Source: Elusimicrobiota bacterium
Lineage (GTDB): Bacteria; Elusimicrobiota; Elusimicrobia; Elusimicrobiales; UBA9959
Direction of reading: 5' to 3'
NCBI GenBank assembly: GCA_027340875.1
Contig: DAIENX010000062.1
Span: 1 to 24,553, forward strand
Length of the DNA: 24,553 nucleotides
Part shown: in pieces, positions 7,972 to 15,983 of the stretch
Layout: the number at the start of each line of letters is the position of its first letter
Position numbering within the stretch: the stretch's first letter is position 1
Translations under genes and position numbers: made by a program
Notes under the pieces: generated by a model
The model's database searches: none
What the model was told of the DNA's origin: nothing
Seen by the model: the letters and a program-made list of their open reading frames with translations, nothing else

Positions 7972-8703
7972 CTAGTGCGCTTCCTCCGCGGAGGGCTTCT
8001 TCCCGATCATGTCGTGCACCAGGAAGTAGAGCACCATCGCGGCCAGTATTATCTGCGTGGCGTAGAAGTTATGCGCGCTGGCCGCGGCGTTCAGCTCGTC
8101 GAAGCGGCCGTACAGCAGCGAGAAGCGGGCCATCACGGTGTTGCCGAAGGCGGCGCCGAAGTAGACCATCAGGAAGTAGATACCGAAGTTGGAGACCTTC
8201 TTTACCGCGCCCTTGTGCTCCACCGAGAAGAAGAAATAGAAGAGCACGCTGATGACGCCGACCGCTATCAGCAGCGCGTTAAAGATGCTGAAGGCCGACA
8301 TGGAGCCCAGCGCGGAGAACGGCTTTATCGTGCCGACTATCTGGCTCATGAAGTCGGTGGCCAGGCTGGCGGGCACCACCAGGCCGGCGCCGTAACCCAT
8401 CAGGAACGTGAAGCCGTACCTGGAGACCCAGGAGATCTTGGGGATGAACTGCGTCACCAGGGAGAGCCCGAGCACCGCCGGGATCAGGACGCCCCAGTCA
8501 TGCGGCGCGTGCGCGAGCGGGTCCCAGACCTTGGGGATCCAGATGTTGTACAGGTAGACCTGGAACCACCAGCCCATTCCGGCGCCGAGGTAGAGGTGCT
8601 CGGCTATCTTGAAGAACGGGTTGTCCTTATAGAGGAAGCTGAAGAGGAATATAGTAAGCCCGGCCGCTATCCAGACGCCGGCGATCATCCATGTTTCTGA
8701 CAT
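7972..8703 (-). CDS. Uncharacterised polytopic membrane protein (4th gene of the DUF6754-like operon)
   Basis: About 243 aa with roughly 7 hydrophobic segments. Motifs FSFLYKDNPFFKIAEHLYLG and FGAAFGNTVMARFSLL. GAGGTG RBS precedes ATG 8703. Confidence 0.85.
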   Translation of the reverse strand: MSETWMIAGVWIAAGLTIFLFSFLYKDNPFFKIAEHLYLGAGMGWWFQVYLYNIWIPKVWDPLAHAPHDWGVLIPAVLGLSLVTQFIPKISWVSRYGFTFLMGYGAGLVVPASLATDFMSQIVGTIKPFSALGSMSAFSIFNALLIAVGVISVLFYFFFSVEHKGAVKKVSNFGIYFLMVYFGAAFGNTVMARFSLLYGRFDELNAAASAHNFYATQIILAAMVLYFLVHDMIGKKPSAEEAH

Positions 8704-8712
8704 AGTCACCTC

Positions 8713-9534
8713 TTAGAGATACCTGATAACGAGAAGTATGATATTCGACGTCAATATCAGGGCCAGCACCAGCAGGTGGCCGAGGTTAAGCGAGTCTATG
8801 CCGGAAGTGCCCTTGCCCGGCTCTTGTATCAGCGACTCGTACTCCGCCGCGCCCTTCATGCCGCCGATCAGCCCCTTGAGTTGGCCGGTCTGCAGGTAGG
8901 GACCGTAACCGGGCTGGCTGATGGCGGTCACTCCGGCCACCAGCGGCACGTTGTATTTGTCTCCCACCAGCGCCACCCAGCTGTCCAGGATGCTGGTGCC
9001 GGTGATGTTGACGACCATCGCCATGTCCTTATAGCTCTTGATACCCTTCATTACCGGCAGCGAGCGGGCGTCCTTGCCGTCCTGGTCCTTGTCGTAGATG
9101 CCGTAGAAGTCGGAAGCCATCTGCGTCATCACGGCGGTAGGATTGGCCATGTAGGGGAAGATCGCGTAGTCGGTGCCGTTCACCTTCTTGAACTCTCCGG
9201 GCACCTTCTCGAAGATCTGCTGTATCAGGCCGGTGGAGCCTGCTATATAGGTCACCACGCCTACGCGCAGGTCCCTGCGGAAAGCGTGCCGGATGACGGC
9301 CGTCGCCTGGGGCTGCAGTTCCGGACGGGTGGACGGGTCGTAGTCGAGAGAGAACAGCACGAACGAGCCCTTAGGCAGCTTGTCCAGCGCCTCGTAGGCG
9401 TTGCGCGTGTCCCTGGCTATCGTCTTGTTCGGCAGCCCTATCGGCCTGATGATAGGAGTAAAAAGCACTATAGCCAGCAACAGGAAGATCCAGCGGCGGT
9501 CTATCTTGAAGAATTTCTGAAGTATTTCCTTCAT
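8713..9534 (-). CDS. Uncharacterised membrane-anchored protein with soluble alpha/beta domain (3rd gene of operon)
   Basis: 273 aa with N- and C-terminal TM helices flanking a soluble domain (DYDPSTRPELQP, PYLQTGQLKGLIGGMKGAAEYE). Intergenic spacing to neighbours is 4 and 9 nt. Confidence 0.85.
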   Translation of the reverse strand: MKEILQKFFKIDRRWIFLLLAIVLFTPIIRPIGLPNKTIARDTRNAYEALDKLPKGSFVLFSLDYDPSTRPELQPQATAVIRHAFRRDLRVGVVTYIAGSTGLIQQIFEKVPGEFKKVNGTDYAIFPYMANPTAVMTQMASDFYGIYDKDQDGKDARSLPVMKGIKSYKDMAMVVNITGTSILDSWVALVGDKYNVPLVAGVTAISQPGYGPYLQTGQLKGLIGGMKGAAEYESLIQEPGKGTSGIDSLNLGHLLVLALILTSNIILLVIRYL

Positions 9535-9538
9535 GAAC

Positions 9539-10207
9539 TCAATCCTTACCCATGTACTGTCTTTCGATGCCGAAGATGATCTTCAGCGAGGTGACCACGG
9601 TGCCTATAGAGATGCCTATCATGATGCCCCGCTTGCCGGCCACCGCGGGCACGCTCATGATCCACTCTATGACCTGGTCCACGCCGTAGTGGGTCCAGCC
9701 CAGCGCCTTGTCCCAGACGATCTGGCCCAGCGGCACCTTGCCGAGTATCAGGATGAAGGCCGCCACGAAAAGGACCAGGGCCTGGCCCGACTTGATCCTG
9801 AAAGAGCGGTAAGCGGTGGAGACGATGTAGAACGCGAGCACCGCGAACATCGTGGCGCTGAGGGGGTTGTAGATGGAGCGGAAGGCCCAGCCGAGGGAAG
9901 TGACCTGACCCGCCTCCATCTGCTTGCCGTGCATGAGCACCGCCGGGACCACCATCGCCGCGAAGCCGATGAAGACGAACAGGCTGTATCCCCAGCCGTC
10001 GGTCCGGCGGCTGATCTTGCTGAAGTGGGAGTAGAACAGGCTTATCAGGCCCAGCAGGAAGGCGAAGGCCGACACGATGTTCTCCCACTTGTTTATCATC
10101 TCCAGATAATCGACCGAGGTCTTGTTAGGTATATAGTAGGAGGCGACGGTGAACAGGCCCGTCACCACCACTATAGCCAGGGGAATATGTTTTTTGATCA
10201 GTTTCAT
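9539..10207 (-). CDS. Uncharacterised polytopic membrane protein (2nd gene of operon)
   Basis: 222 aa with about 6 TM segments. Motifs IYNPLSATMFAVLAFYIVSTAYRSFRIKS and AGKRGIMIG...GIER. 1-nt gap to the upstream gene. Confidence 0.85.
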   Translation of the reverse strand: MKLIKKHIPLAIVVVTGLFTVASYYIPNKTSVDYLEMINKWENIVSAFAFLLGLISLFYSHFSKISRRTDGWGYSLFVFIGFAAMVVPAVLMHGKQMEAGQVTSLGWAFRSIYNPLSATMFAVLAFYIVSTAYRSFRIKSGQALVLFVAAFILILGKVPLGQIVWDKALGWTHYGVDQVIEWIMSVPAVAGKRGIMIGISIGTVVTSLKIIFGIERQYMGKD

Positions 10208-10208
10208 A

Positions 10209-11462
10209 TCAGTAGGCCTTGAAGAGGTTGAGGATGACCTGCACGAAGGAATCCCAGTGCAGCCAGGTGCCGGCGGCCAGCACGATGGCGCCGAAGAACA
10301 CTGCGAGCATCACCACCAGCTTGCCGAAGTCCTGCACCTTGAGGGCGCTCATCAGCATCGGCTCCTTCGACAGGTAGGCGCCGGCGGCGTAAAGCTCCTC
10401 TCCGATCAGCGTGTAGTCGCAGGCGGTGAAGAAGAACGGCAGCTGGTGCTCGATGTCCGTGCCGGCTATCTGGATGGCGCCGGTGGTGGCGCCGACCTCG
10501 GCCAGCAGCAGGGACTCGGCCATGAAGTAGCCCATGAAGAAGCAGGCCGCGGGTTTCTCACGGGAGATCATGCCGTCCACGGAGGCGGCATAGGAGAACT
10601 GGTCGGCGCTGACGAAGTAGTTCAGGTCCTCGCGGTAGGAGTCCGGCCGGCCGGCTTCGAGGTAGGACTGCTTGACCACCTCTTTGCAGACGGTCATCAC
10701 GATGGGGTCGTAATGCGGCACCTTGATGTAGCTGTCGTACTGCGCCACCTTCTTGGAGACCTCGCCCAGGATGAACGTGGAGGCGATGGTGGAGATGGTG
10801 CTCATAGTGCCTATGCCGGGGCAGTAATAGATGGGTTTGCCCATCTCGGTGGCGCGGCCTATGGCCTCGTCGATGGCGTCGAGGCCGGCGATGCGGCGGA
10901 TGAACAGGCCCTTGCGCTTGGCGTGCGAAACGGCCATGAAGAACACCACAACAATGACGATGAGCAGCAGCAGGTTGTTGAGACGGTCCAGGCGGAACCA
11001 GTTGCCGCGCGGCGAAGCTTTGAGCGGCTCGGACTCCGCGTACTGCTTGCCTTTCCTGAGAGCGGCCACTTTCAACCCGAAGACGGTCCCGGGCTTGAAT
11101 TCCCCGAAGAAATCGGCCAGCTCCACCTTGACGGCGTGCTCGGCGGCGCCGCCGTTCCAGGCCCAGAAGGGCAGATCGATATCCTTGCCCTTATTAGCGG
11201 AAGCCGCGAAATCCGCGGCCTTGATCCAGCCGCCGTTCTCCTGCGAGGAGACGAACACCTGGTAGGAAGCGTCGGCGTCGTCGGCGGGATTGACGGGCCA
11301 GCGCAGCAGCAGCGCGTTGCCTACGTCGTACGGCATATCAGCGGCGGTAACGCCCAGCAGCGGCGCGTCCGGAGCTTTCGGAGCGGCCGGCTTGGCCGCG
11401 TTCAGCGGGGCCGCCGCCAGCAGCAGCGGCAGCAGCATGAAGATGGATCGGTTATATTTCAT
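10209..11462 (-). CDS. DUF6754-like membrane protein with signal peptide and N-terminal fibronectin-III-like extracytoplasmic domain
   Basis: Signal peptide, then a beta-rich FnIII-like region (AADMPYDVGNALLLRW...YQVF), a TM helix, then IRRIAGLDAIDEAIGRATEMGKP, AESLLLAEVG, IQIAGT, QLPFF, DYTLIGEELYAAGAYL and a C-terminal TM. The family name is from recollection of these motifs. Confidence 0.75.
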   Translation of the reverse strand: MKYNRSIFMLLPLLLAAAPLNAAKPAAPKAPDAPLLGVTAADMPYDVGNALLLRWPVNPADDADASYQVFVSSQENGGWIKAADFAASANKGKDIDLPFWAWNGGAAEHAVKVELADFFGEFKPGTVFGLKVAALRKGKQYAESEPLKASPRGNWFRLDRLNNLLLLIVIVVVFFMAVSHAKRKGLFIRRIAGLDAIDEAIGRATEMGKPIYYCPGIGTMSTISTIASTFILGEVSKKVAQYDSYIKVPHYDPIVMTVCKEVVKQSYLEAGRPDSYREDLNYFVSADQFSYAASVDGMISREKPAACFFMGYFMAESLLLAEVGATTGAIQIAGTDIEHQLPFFFTACDYTLIGEELYAAGAYLSKEPMLMSALKVQDFGKLVVMLAVFFGAIVLAAGTWLHWDSFVQVILNLFKAY

Positions 11463-11503
11463 AGACTGCCCTTATAATATAAATTAACTATAAGCGCAGG
11501 CAA
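11463..11503 (-). promoter_or_regulatory. sigma70-type promoter of the four-gene membrane operon, with overlapping inverted repeat
   Basis: On the - strand: TTGCCT, 16-18 nt spacer, then TATATT/TATTAT. Imperfect palindrome CTGCCCTTATA-N12-TATAAGCGCAG at 11466-11499 (10 of 11 pairs). Confidence 0.65.
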
Positions 11504-11550
11504 GGAAAATCGCCGCTCTTTACGGCGGGACAGGGACTTGGCGGGCGGGT

Positions 11551-12552
11551 TTAAACGTAGGGGCAGGCGGCGAAGTGACCCGGGGACTTCTCCTGAAGCT
11601 CGGGGACATGGTCCGCGCATTCCGGGCACGCTATCGGGCAGCGCGTCCTGAAGCCGCAGCCGGAAGGCTTGTTCAGCGGGCTGGGGACATCTCCCTTAAG
11701 GATGATGCGCTCGCCCCTGCGCTTGTACGGATCGGGCTGGGGGGCGGCGGAAAGCAGGGCCTTGGTATACGGATGGACAGGGTTCTTATTTACGTCATGG
11801 CTGCTGCCTATCTCCACCATGTTGCCCAGGTACATTACGGCTATCCGGTCGCTGATATGCTCTACCACGGCCAGGTCGTGCGCCACGAAAAGGTAGGTAA
11901 GGCCGAACTCATCCTGCAGGTCCTGGAGCAGGTTGATGATCTGGGCCTGTATAGAGACGTCGAGGGCGGAAACGGGCTCGTCGGCTATTATGAAGGCCGG
12001 GTTTGTGGCCAGCGCCCGGGCCAGGCCGATACGCTGGCGCTGCCCGCCCGAGAACTCATGGGGATAGCGGGAGGCGTAGGCGGCCTGCAGGCCCACCTTC
12101 TCCAGCAGCCAGGCCACCTTCGCCTTCTTCTCCCTGCGCTTCATCTCCGGCTTGTGGATATCTAGAGGCTCCTCTATGATGGCCTCCACGGACATGCGCG
12201 GGTTGAGGGAGGAATAAGGGTCCTGGAAGACCATCTGCATGCGCGAACGGAACGGGCGCATGGCGGCGCGGCCGAGGTTGGCGATATCGACCATTTTGCC
12301 GGCGGCGTCCGGGAACATTATGCTGCCGGAGCTTACCGGGGCGAGACTGATGAGGGCTTTGCCCACCGTGGTCTTGCCGCAGCCCGACTCGCCCACCAGG
12401 CCCAGCGTCTCGCCGGTCTTCAGGGAGAAGGAGACGCCGTCCACGGCCTTAACCTCGCCCACCTTCTTCATGAAAAGGCCGCCATGTATAGGGAAATGGA
12501 CCTTGAGGTCCTTCACGTCGAGCAGATCGCCGCCGGACCGGGACTTCGTCAT
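11551..12552 (-). CDS. oppF: Oligopeptide/dipeptide ABC transporter ATP-binding subunit (OppF/DppF-like)
   Basis: Walker A GESGCGKTT, FQDPYSSLNPR, signature FSGGQRQR, Walker B IIADEPVSALD, HPYT, and C-terminal GCGFRTRC...C...AC. Confidence 0.93.
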   Translation of the reverse strand: MTKSRSGGDLLDVKDLKVHFPIHGGLFMKKVGEVKAVDGVSFSLKTGETLGLVGESGCGKTTVGKALISLAPVSSGSIMFPDAAGKMVDIANLGRAAMRPFRSRMQMVFQDPYSSLNPRMSVEAIIEEPLDIHKPEMKRREKKAKVAWLLEKVGLQAAYASRYPHEFSGGQRQRIGLARALATNPAFIIADEPVSALDVSIQAQIINLLQDLQDEFGLTYLFVAHDLAVVEHISDRIAVMYLGNMVEIGSSHDVNKNPVHPYTKALLSAAPQPDPYKRRGERIILKGDVPSPLNKPSGCGFRTRCPIACPECADHVPELQEKSPGHFAACPYV

Positions 12553-13553
12553 GACCTGTCCTCCCCGCGCGCCTTGCAGAGATGGCAGCGCACCTGCCTT
12601 CCGGGGGAGACCTCTACGAGCTCCGGCTCCTCCTGGCGGCAGATGTTCATGACCTCCGGACAGCGGTTATTGAACTTGCAGCCCCTGGGGAAACTGAAAA
12701 TGTCCGGTACCATGCCCTCTATGACAGGCAGGCGCTTGCCTGGTTCGTTCTTGAAGCCGGGCAGCGAGCGCAGCAGGCCCTTGGTATAGGGGTGCAGCGG
12801 TTCATCGAAGAGCGGCTTGACGTCGGAGACCTCCTGGATCTTGCCTCCGTACATCACGGCGACCCGCTGGCAAGTCTCGGCCACTACGGCCATGTCGTGG
12901 GTTATAAGCAGTATCGCCGCGTCATGAGTCTTCTTCTTTACGTCCAGCATCAGGTCGAGTATCTGGGCCTGTATCGTCACGTCCAGGGCGGTGGTGGGCT
13001 CGTCGGCTATCAGCAGCGCGGGGTCCGAGGCCAGCGCCATGGCTATCATCACTCGCTGGCGCATACCGCCGGAGAACTGGTGCGGGTAATCATTCAGGCG
13101 GGCCTTCGGGGAAGGGATGCCTACCAGCCCCAGCATCTCCACGGCCCGCTCCTCCACCTGCTTCTCGGTCAGGTCCTGGTGGAAGCGGATGGCCTCCTTG
13201 AGCTGCCAGCCTATCGAGAAGACCGGGTTCAGCGAGGTCATCGGCTCCTGGAAGATCATCGAGATGTCCTTGCCTCTTACCTTGCGCATCTCCGGGTAGG
13301 AGAGCTTCAGCAGGTCCCTGCCGCGGAAGTTTATCTCGCCGTGCGTGATCTCGCCCGGCGGATTAGGGATAAGGCGCAGTATGCTCAGGGCGGTCACGGA
13401 TTTCCCGCAGCCGGACTCCCCGACTAGGCCCAGCACCTCGTTCTCGAATATATGGAAGTCCACGCCGTCCACCGCGCGCGCGGTCCTGTCCTCCACGCGG
13501 AAGGCCGTCTTCAGGCCCTTCACTTCCAGCAGCTTCTTCTTTTCAGCCGTCAT
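12549..13553 (-). CDS. oppD: Oligopeptide/dipeptide ABC transporter ATP-binding subunit (OppD/DppD-like)
   Basis: [44 protein letters not shown] and GCKFNNRC. 4-nt overlap with the next gene. Confidence 0.93.
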   Translation of the reverse strand: MTAEKKKLLEVKGLKTAFRVEDRTARAVDGVDFHIFENEVLGLVGESGCGKSVTALSILRLIPNPPGEITHGEINFRGRDLLKLSYPEMRKVRGKDISMIFQEPMTSLNPVFSIGWQLKEAIRFHQDLTEKQVEERAVEMLGLVGIPSPKARLNDYPHQFSGGMRQRVMIAMALASDPALLIADEPTTALDVTIQAQILDLMLDVKKKTHDAAILLITHDMAVVAETCQRVAVMYGGKIQEVSDVKPLFDEPLHPYTKGLLRSLPGFKNEPGKRLPVIEGMVPDIFSFPRGCKFNNRCPEVMNICRQEEPELVEVSPGRQVRCHLCKARGEDRS

Positions 13554-14935
13554 CAGCGCAACCTCGAGAAGACCTTGGGATCGAAAGCCTCGCGCACGGC
13601 TTCGCCTATCTGCACCACAAGGAACAGCGTGGCGGCCAGCGCTATCGACGGCGTAAGTATAAGATTGGGGTAATACTTCAGGTACTGCATGCCCTGGCTC
13701 ATCAGCGTGCCCCAGCTGGGCGTGCCGACCGGCAGGCCGAAGCCGAGGTAGTCCAGCGAGACCAGCGAGCCGATGAAGGCGACTATGGAGAAAGGCGCGA
13801 AAGTGACCACCGGCACCAGCGAGTTGGGCAGGATATGCTTCATCATCACGGACCAGTCCGTGGCACCCATCGCCTCGGCGGCGTGCACGTAGTCCCTGGC
13901 CTTCTCGCGGTAGAACTCGCCGCGCATGTAGTAGGTCATGCCCAGCCAGGCCTGCAGCGCCACCAGCAGGGCGGCCAGCATCCAGAAGCCGGGCTGCACT
14001 ATGGAGGCGATGATCATTATCATGAACAGGAACGGGATGGAGCCCCAGATCTCGATGAAGCGCTGTATCAGGATGTCCGTCCAGCCTCCGAAATAGCCCA
14101 TGACGCCGCCTACGATAATGCCAATGACGTATCCGATAAAAGCCACCATCAGCGCGAAGGAGAGGGAGATACGGAACCCGTAGACCAGCTGCGCGAAGAC
14201 GTCGGCGCCGGAATCGTCCACCCCCAGTATGTGCTGGCGGCCGGGGGGATAGGGCGGACTGCCGTCCCGGTCGAGCAGATGCTCGCTCGGCGAATAAGGG
14301 TAGAGCGGCATCAATATGAACGCCTTGCCGGCGGCGAAAGCCTCCCTGGTCTTATTTACCAGAGCGATGTCGGTCTCTACGGCCGGGACTATCTCCTTCA
14401 GGTCGGCATAGTCCTGCTTCTCGTCCGCCGTGGAGCCTGGCCGGGCGCCGTACCCGGCTACCTGCCTCCTGAAACCGTCCAGCTCCTCGTTGAGCTCAGC
14501 TATCCGCCGGTCAAAAACGGAAGGGTCCTTCAATTCCGCAGCGAAAAGCCGGTAATCCACCTGGCCGTCGCCCACCTGGCCGAAATCGGACTCCACGTCT
14601 ATATGGCTGAAATCCCTGAAAGGCAGCATCGTGTTGGCCCAGTCGCGAAAAGCGGGGAAGGCTATATGCCCCTCGTAGCGTATCGCCAGCGGCTTGTTGT
14701 TGACCAGGAACTCGAGGAAGAACGACGTAACGAACAGCGTGGTGATGATAAGGAAGGAATAGTGGCCGCGCTTCATCGTCCTGAAGCGCTTGAAACGCTT
14801 CTGCCAGTGCGGGGAGGGCTTCATGTCGAAGCCCAGCTTCTTCCCGGCCTCAACGAACAGGAAGGGGAGCGCCCTGTGCGTCAACAGGTGGCCGGCGGCG
14901 AGGACAAGAGCTGCGCCCAGAACTTTTAATATCAT
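13553..14935 (-). CDS. Peptide ABC transporter permease (YejE/OppC-like) with extra N-terminal helix and periplasmic insertion
   Basis: KRFKRFRTMKRGHYSF, EFLVNNKPL, HILGVDDSGADVFAQLVYGFRISL, EAA loop DYVHAAEAMGA, LDYLGFGLP..PSWG and GEAVREAFDP. ATG 14935 overlaps the upstream stop (ATGA). The ORF-track start at 15580 is spurious. Confidence 0.9.
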   Translation of the reverse strand: MILKVLGAALVLAAGHLLTHRALPFLFVEAGKKLGFDMKPSPHWQKRFKRFRTMKRGHYSFLIITTLFVTSFFLEFLVNNKPLAIRYEGHIAFPAFRDWANTMLPFRDFSHIDVESDFGQVGDGQVDYRLFAAELKDPSVFDRRIAELNEELDGFRRQVAGYGARPGSTADEKQDYADLKEIVPAVETDIALVNKTREAFAAGKAFILMPLYPYSPSEHLLDRDGSPPYPPGRQHILGVDDSGADVFAQLVYGFRISLSFALMVAFIGYVIGIIVGGVMGYFGGWTDILIQRFIEIWGSIPFLFMIMIIASIVQPGFWMLAALLVALQAWLGMTYYMRGEFYREKARDYVHAAEAMGATDWSVMMKHILPNSLVPVVTFAPFSIVAFIGSLVSLDYLGFGLPVGTPSWGTLMSQGMQYLKYYPNLILTPSIALAATLFLVVQIGEAVREAFDPKVFSRLR

Positions 14936-15978
14936 TTGCCGAACCTTATCCGCGGGTCTATCATCGCCCAGATAACGTCGGAGAAGATATTGCCGGTCAG
15001 GCGTATCAGCACCCCGAAGACCATGATCCCCAGAAGGACGGGGTAATCGCGCTGGATGATGGACATGTAGCCCAGCAGGCCCATGCCGGGGATATTGCAG
15101 ATCTTCTCGATAAGGAAGGACCCGGCGAACAGGACGCCCAGCGCCTGGCCTATACCCACGGTAAGAGGTATCAGGGAGTTGCGCATCGCGTGCACGAAGA
15201 TGACGCGCTTCTCGGAAAGGCCTTTCGCGAAGGCGGTGCGCACGTAGTCCGCGCCCAGGTTGTCCAGCAGGGAGTTCTTCATCAGTATCGTCATCGACGC
15301 GAAGCTGCCTATCAGATAGCCGATGATGGGAACTATGGTGTGGTGCAACTGGTCCAGCACCTTGCCCGCCAGGCTCAGCTGGGCCCAGTCGGCGGACCTG
15401 AAGCCGCCCAGAGGCACGAGGTTCCAGAAGCTGCCGCCGCCGAACAGCACCAGCAGCAGCAGGCAGGCCACAAAGCCGGGGATGGAATAGCCCATGAACA
15501 CCAGCACCGACGTAGCGGTGTCGTAGCCCGTCTTGTGCTTGATCGCCTTGCTTACGCCCAGCGGCACGCAGACCAGCCACGAGGCGAAATAGCCGATGAG
15601 ACCGAAATAGACGGAAATGGGGAACTTGGAAATTATCACGTCCAGCACAGGCTCGCCGTGCACGTAGGAGCGGCCGAAGTCCAGGCGCATTATTCCCCAG
15701 AGCCAGCCGGCGTAGCCCACCGGGATGCTCTTGTCCAGGTGGTAATACTCCTTCAGTTCCTTCATGGCCTCCTCGGGGATCTGCTGCTCGGACTCCTCGC
15801 TGGCCATGCCCGCCGCGCCGCCCTCTCCCATCATCTGCATCTTGATCTGCAGCTGGGCCTGTTCGATAGGACCACCGGGAACGACGCGGAACACGGCGTA
15901 GACCATGAAGGTTATGGCTATGAAAGTCACCGGTATCAGCAGCACCCGGCGGATGAAATAAGTCGTCATTCCGTGCAT
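14932..15978 (-). CDS. Peptide ABC transporter permease (YejB/OppB-like)
   Basis: YFIRRVLL, VPGGPIEQ, LDFGRSY, KFPIS, YSIPGF, DYVRTAFAKGL, HAMRNSLIP, RDYP and DPRIRF. Start is 15978 or 15969. Confidence 0.92.
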   Translation of the reverse strand: MHGMTTYFIRRVLLIPVTFIAITFMVYAVFRVVPGGPIEQAQLQIKMQMMGEGGAAGMASEESEQQIPEEAMKELKEYYHLDKSIPVGYAGWLWGIMRLDFGRSYVHGEPVLDVIISKFPISVYFGLIGYFASWLVCVPLGVSKAIKHKTGYDTATSVLVFMGYSIPGFVACLLLLVLFGGGSFWNLVPLGGFRSADWAQLSLAGKVLDQLHHTIVPIIGYLIGSFASMTILMKNSLLDNLGADYVRTAFAKGLSEKRVIFVHAMRNSLIPLTVGIGQALGVLFAGSFLIEKICNIPGMGLLGYMSIIQRDYPVLLGIMVFGVLIRLTGNIFSDVIWAMIDPRIRFGK

Positions 15979-15983
15979 AGGTC

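Noticed and set aside
11504..11550. Possible terminator or riboswitch after the ABC operon
   Set aside because: No convincing stem followed by a U-tract is present, and the gap is too short for a recognisable riboswitch.
14936..15580. N-terminal extension of the 675-aa permease ORF
   Set aside because: It is an off-frame overlap with the YejB-like gene. The ATGA overlap at 14932-14935 gives the natural start.
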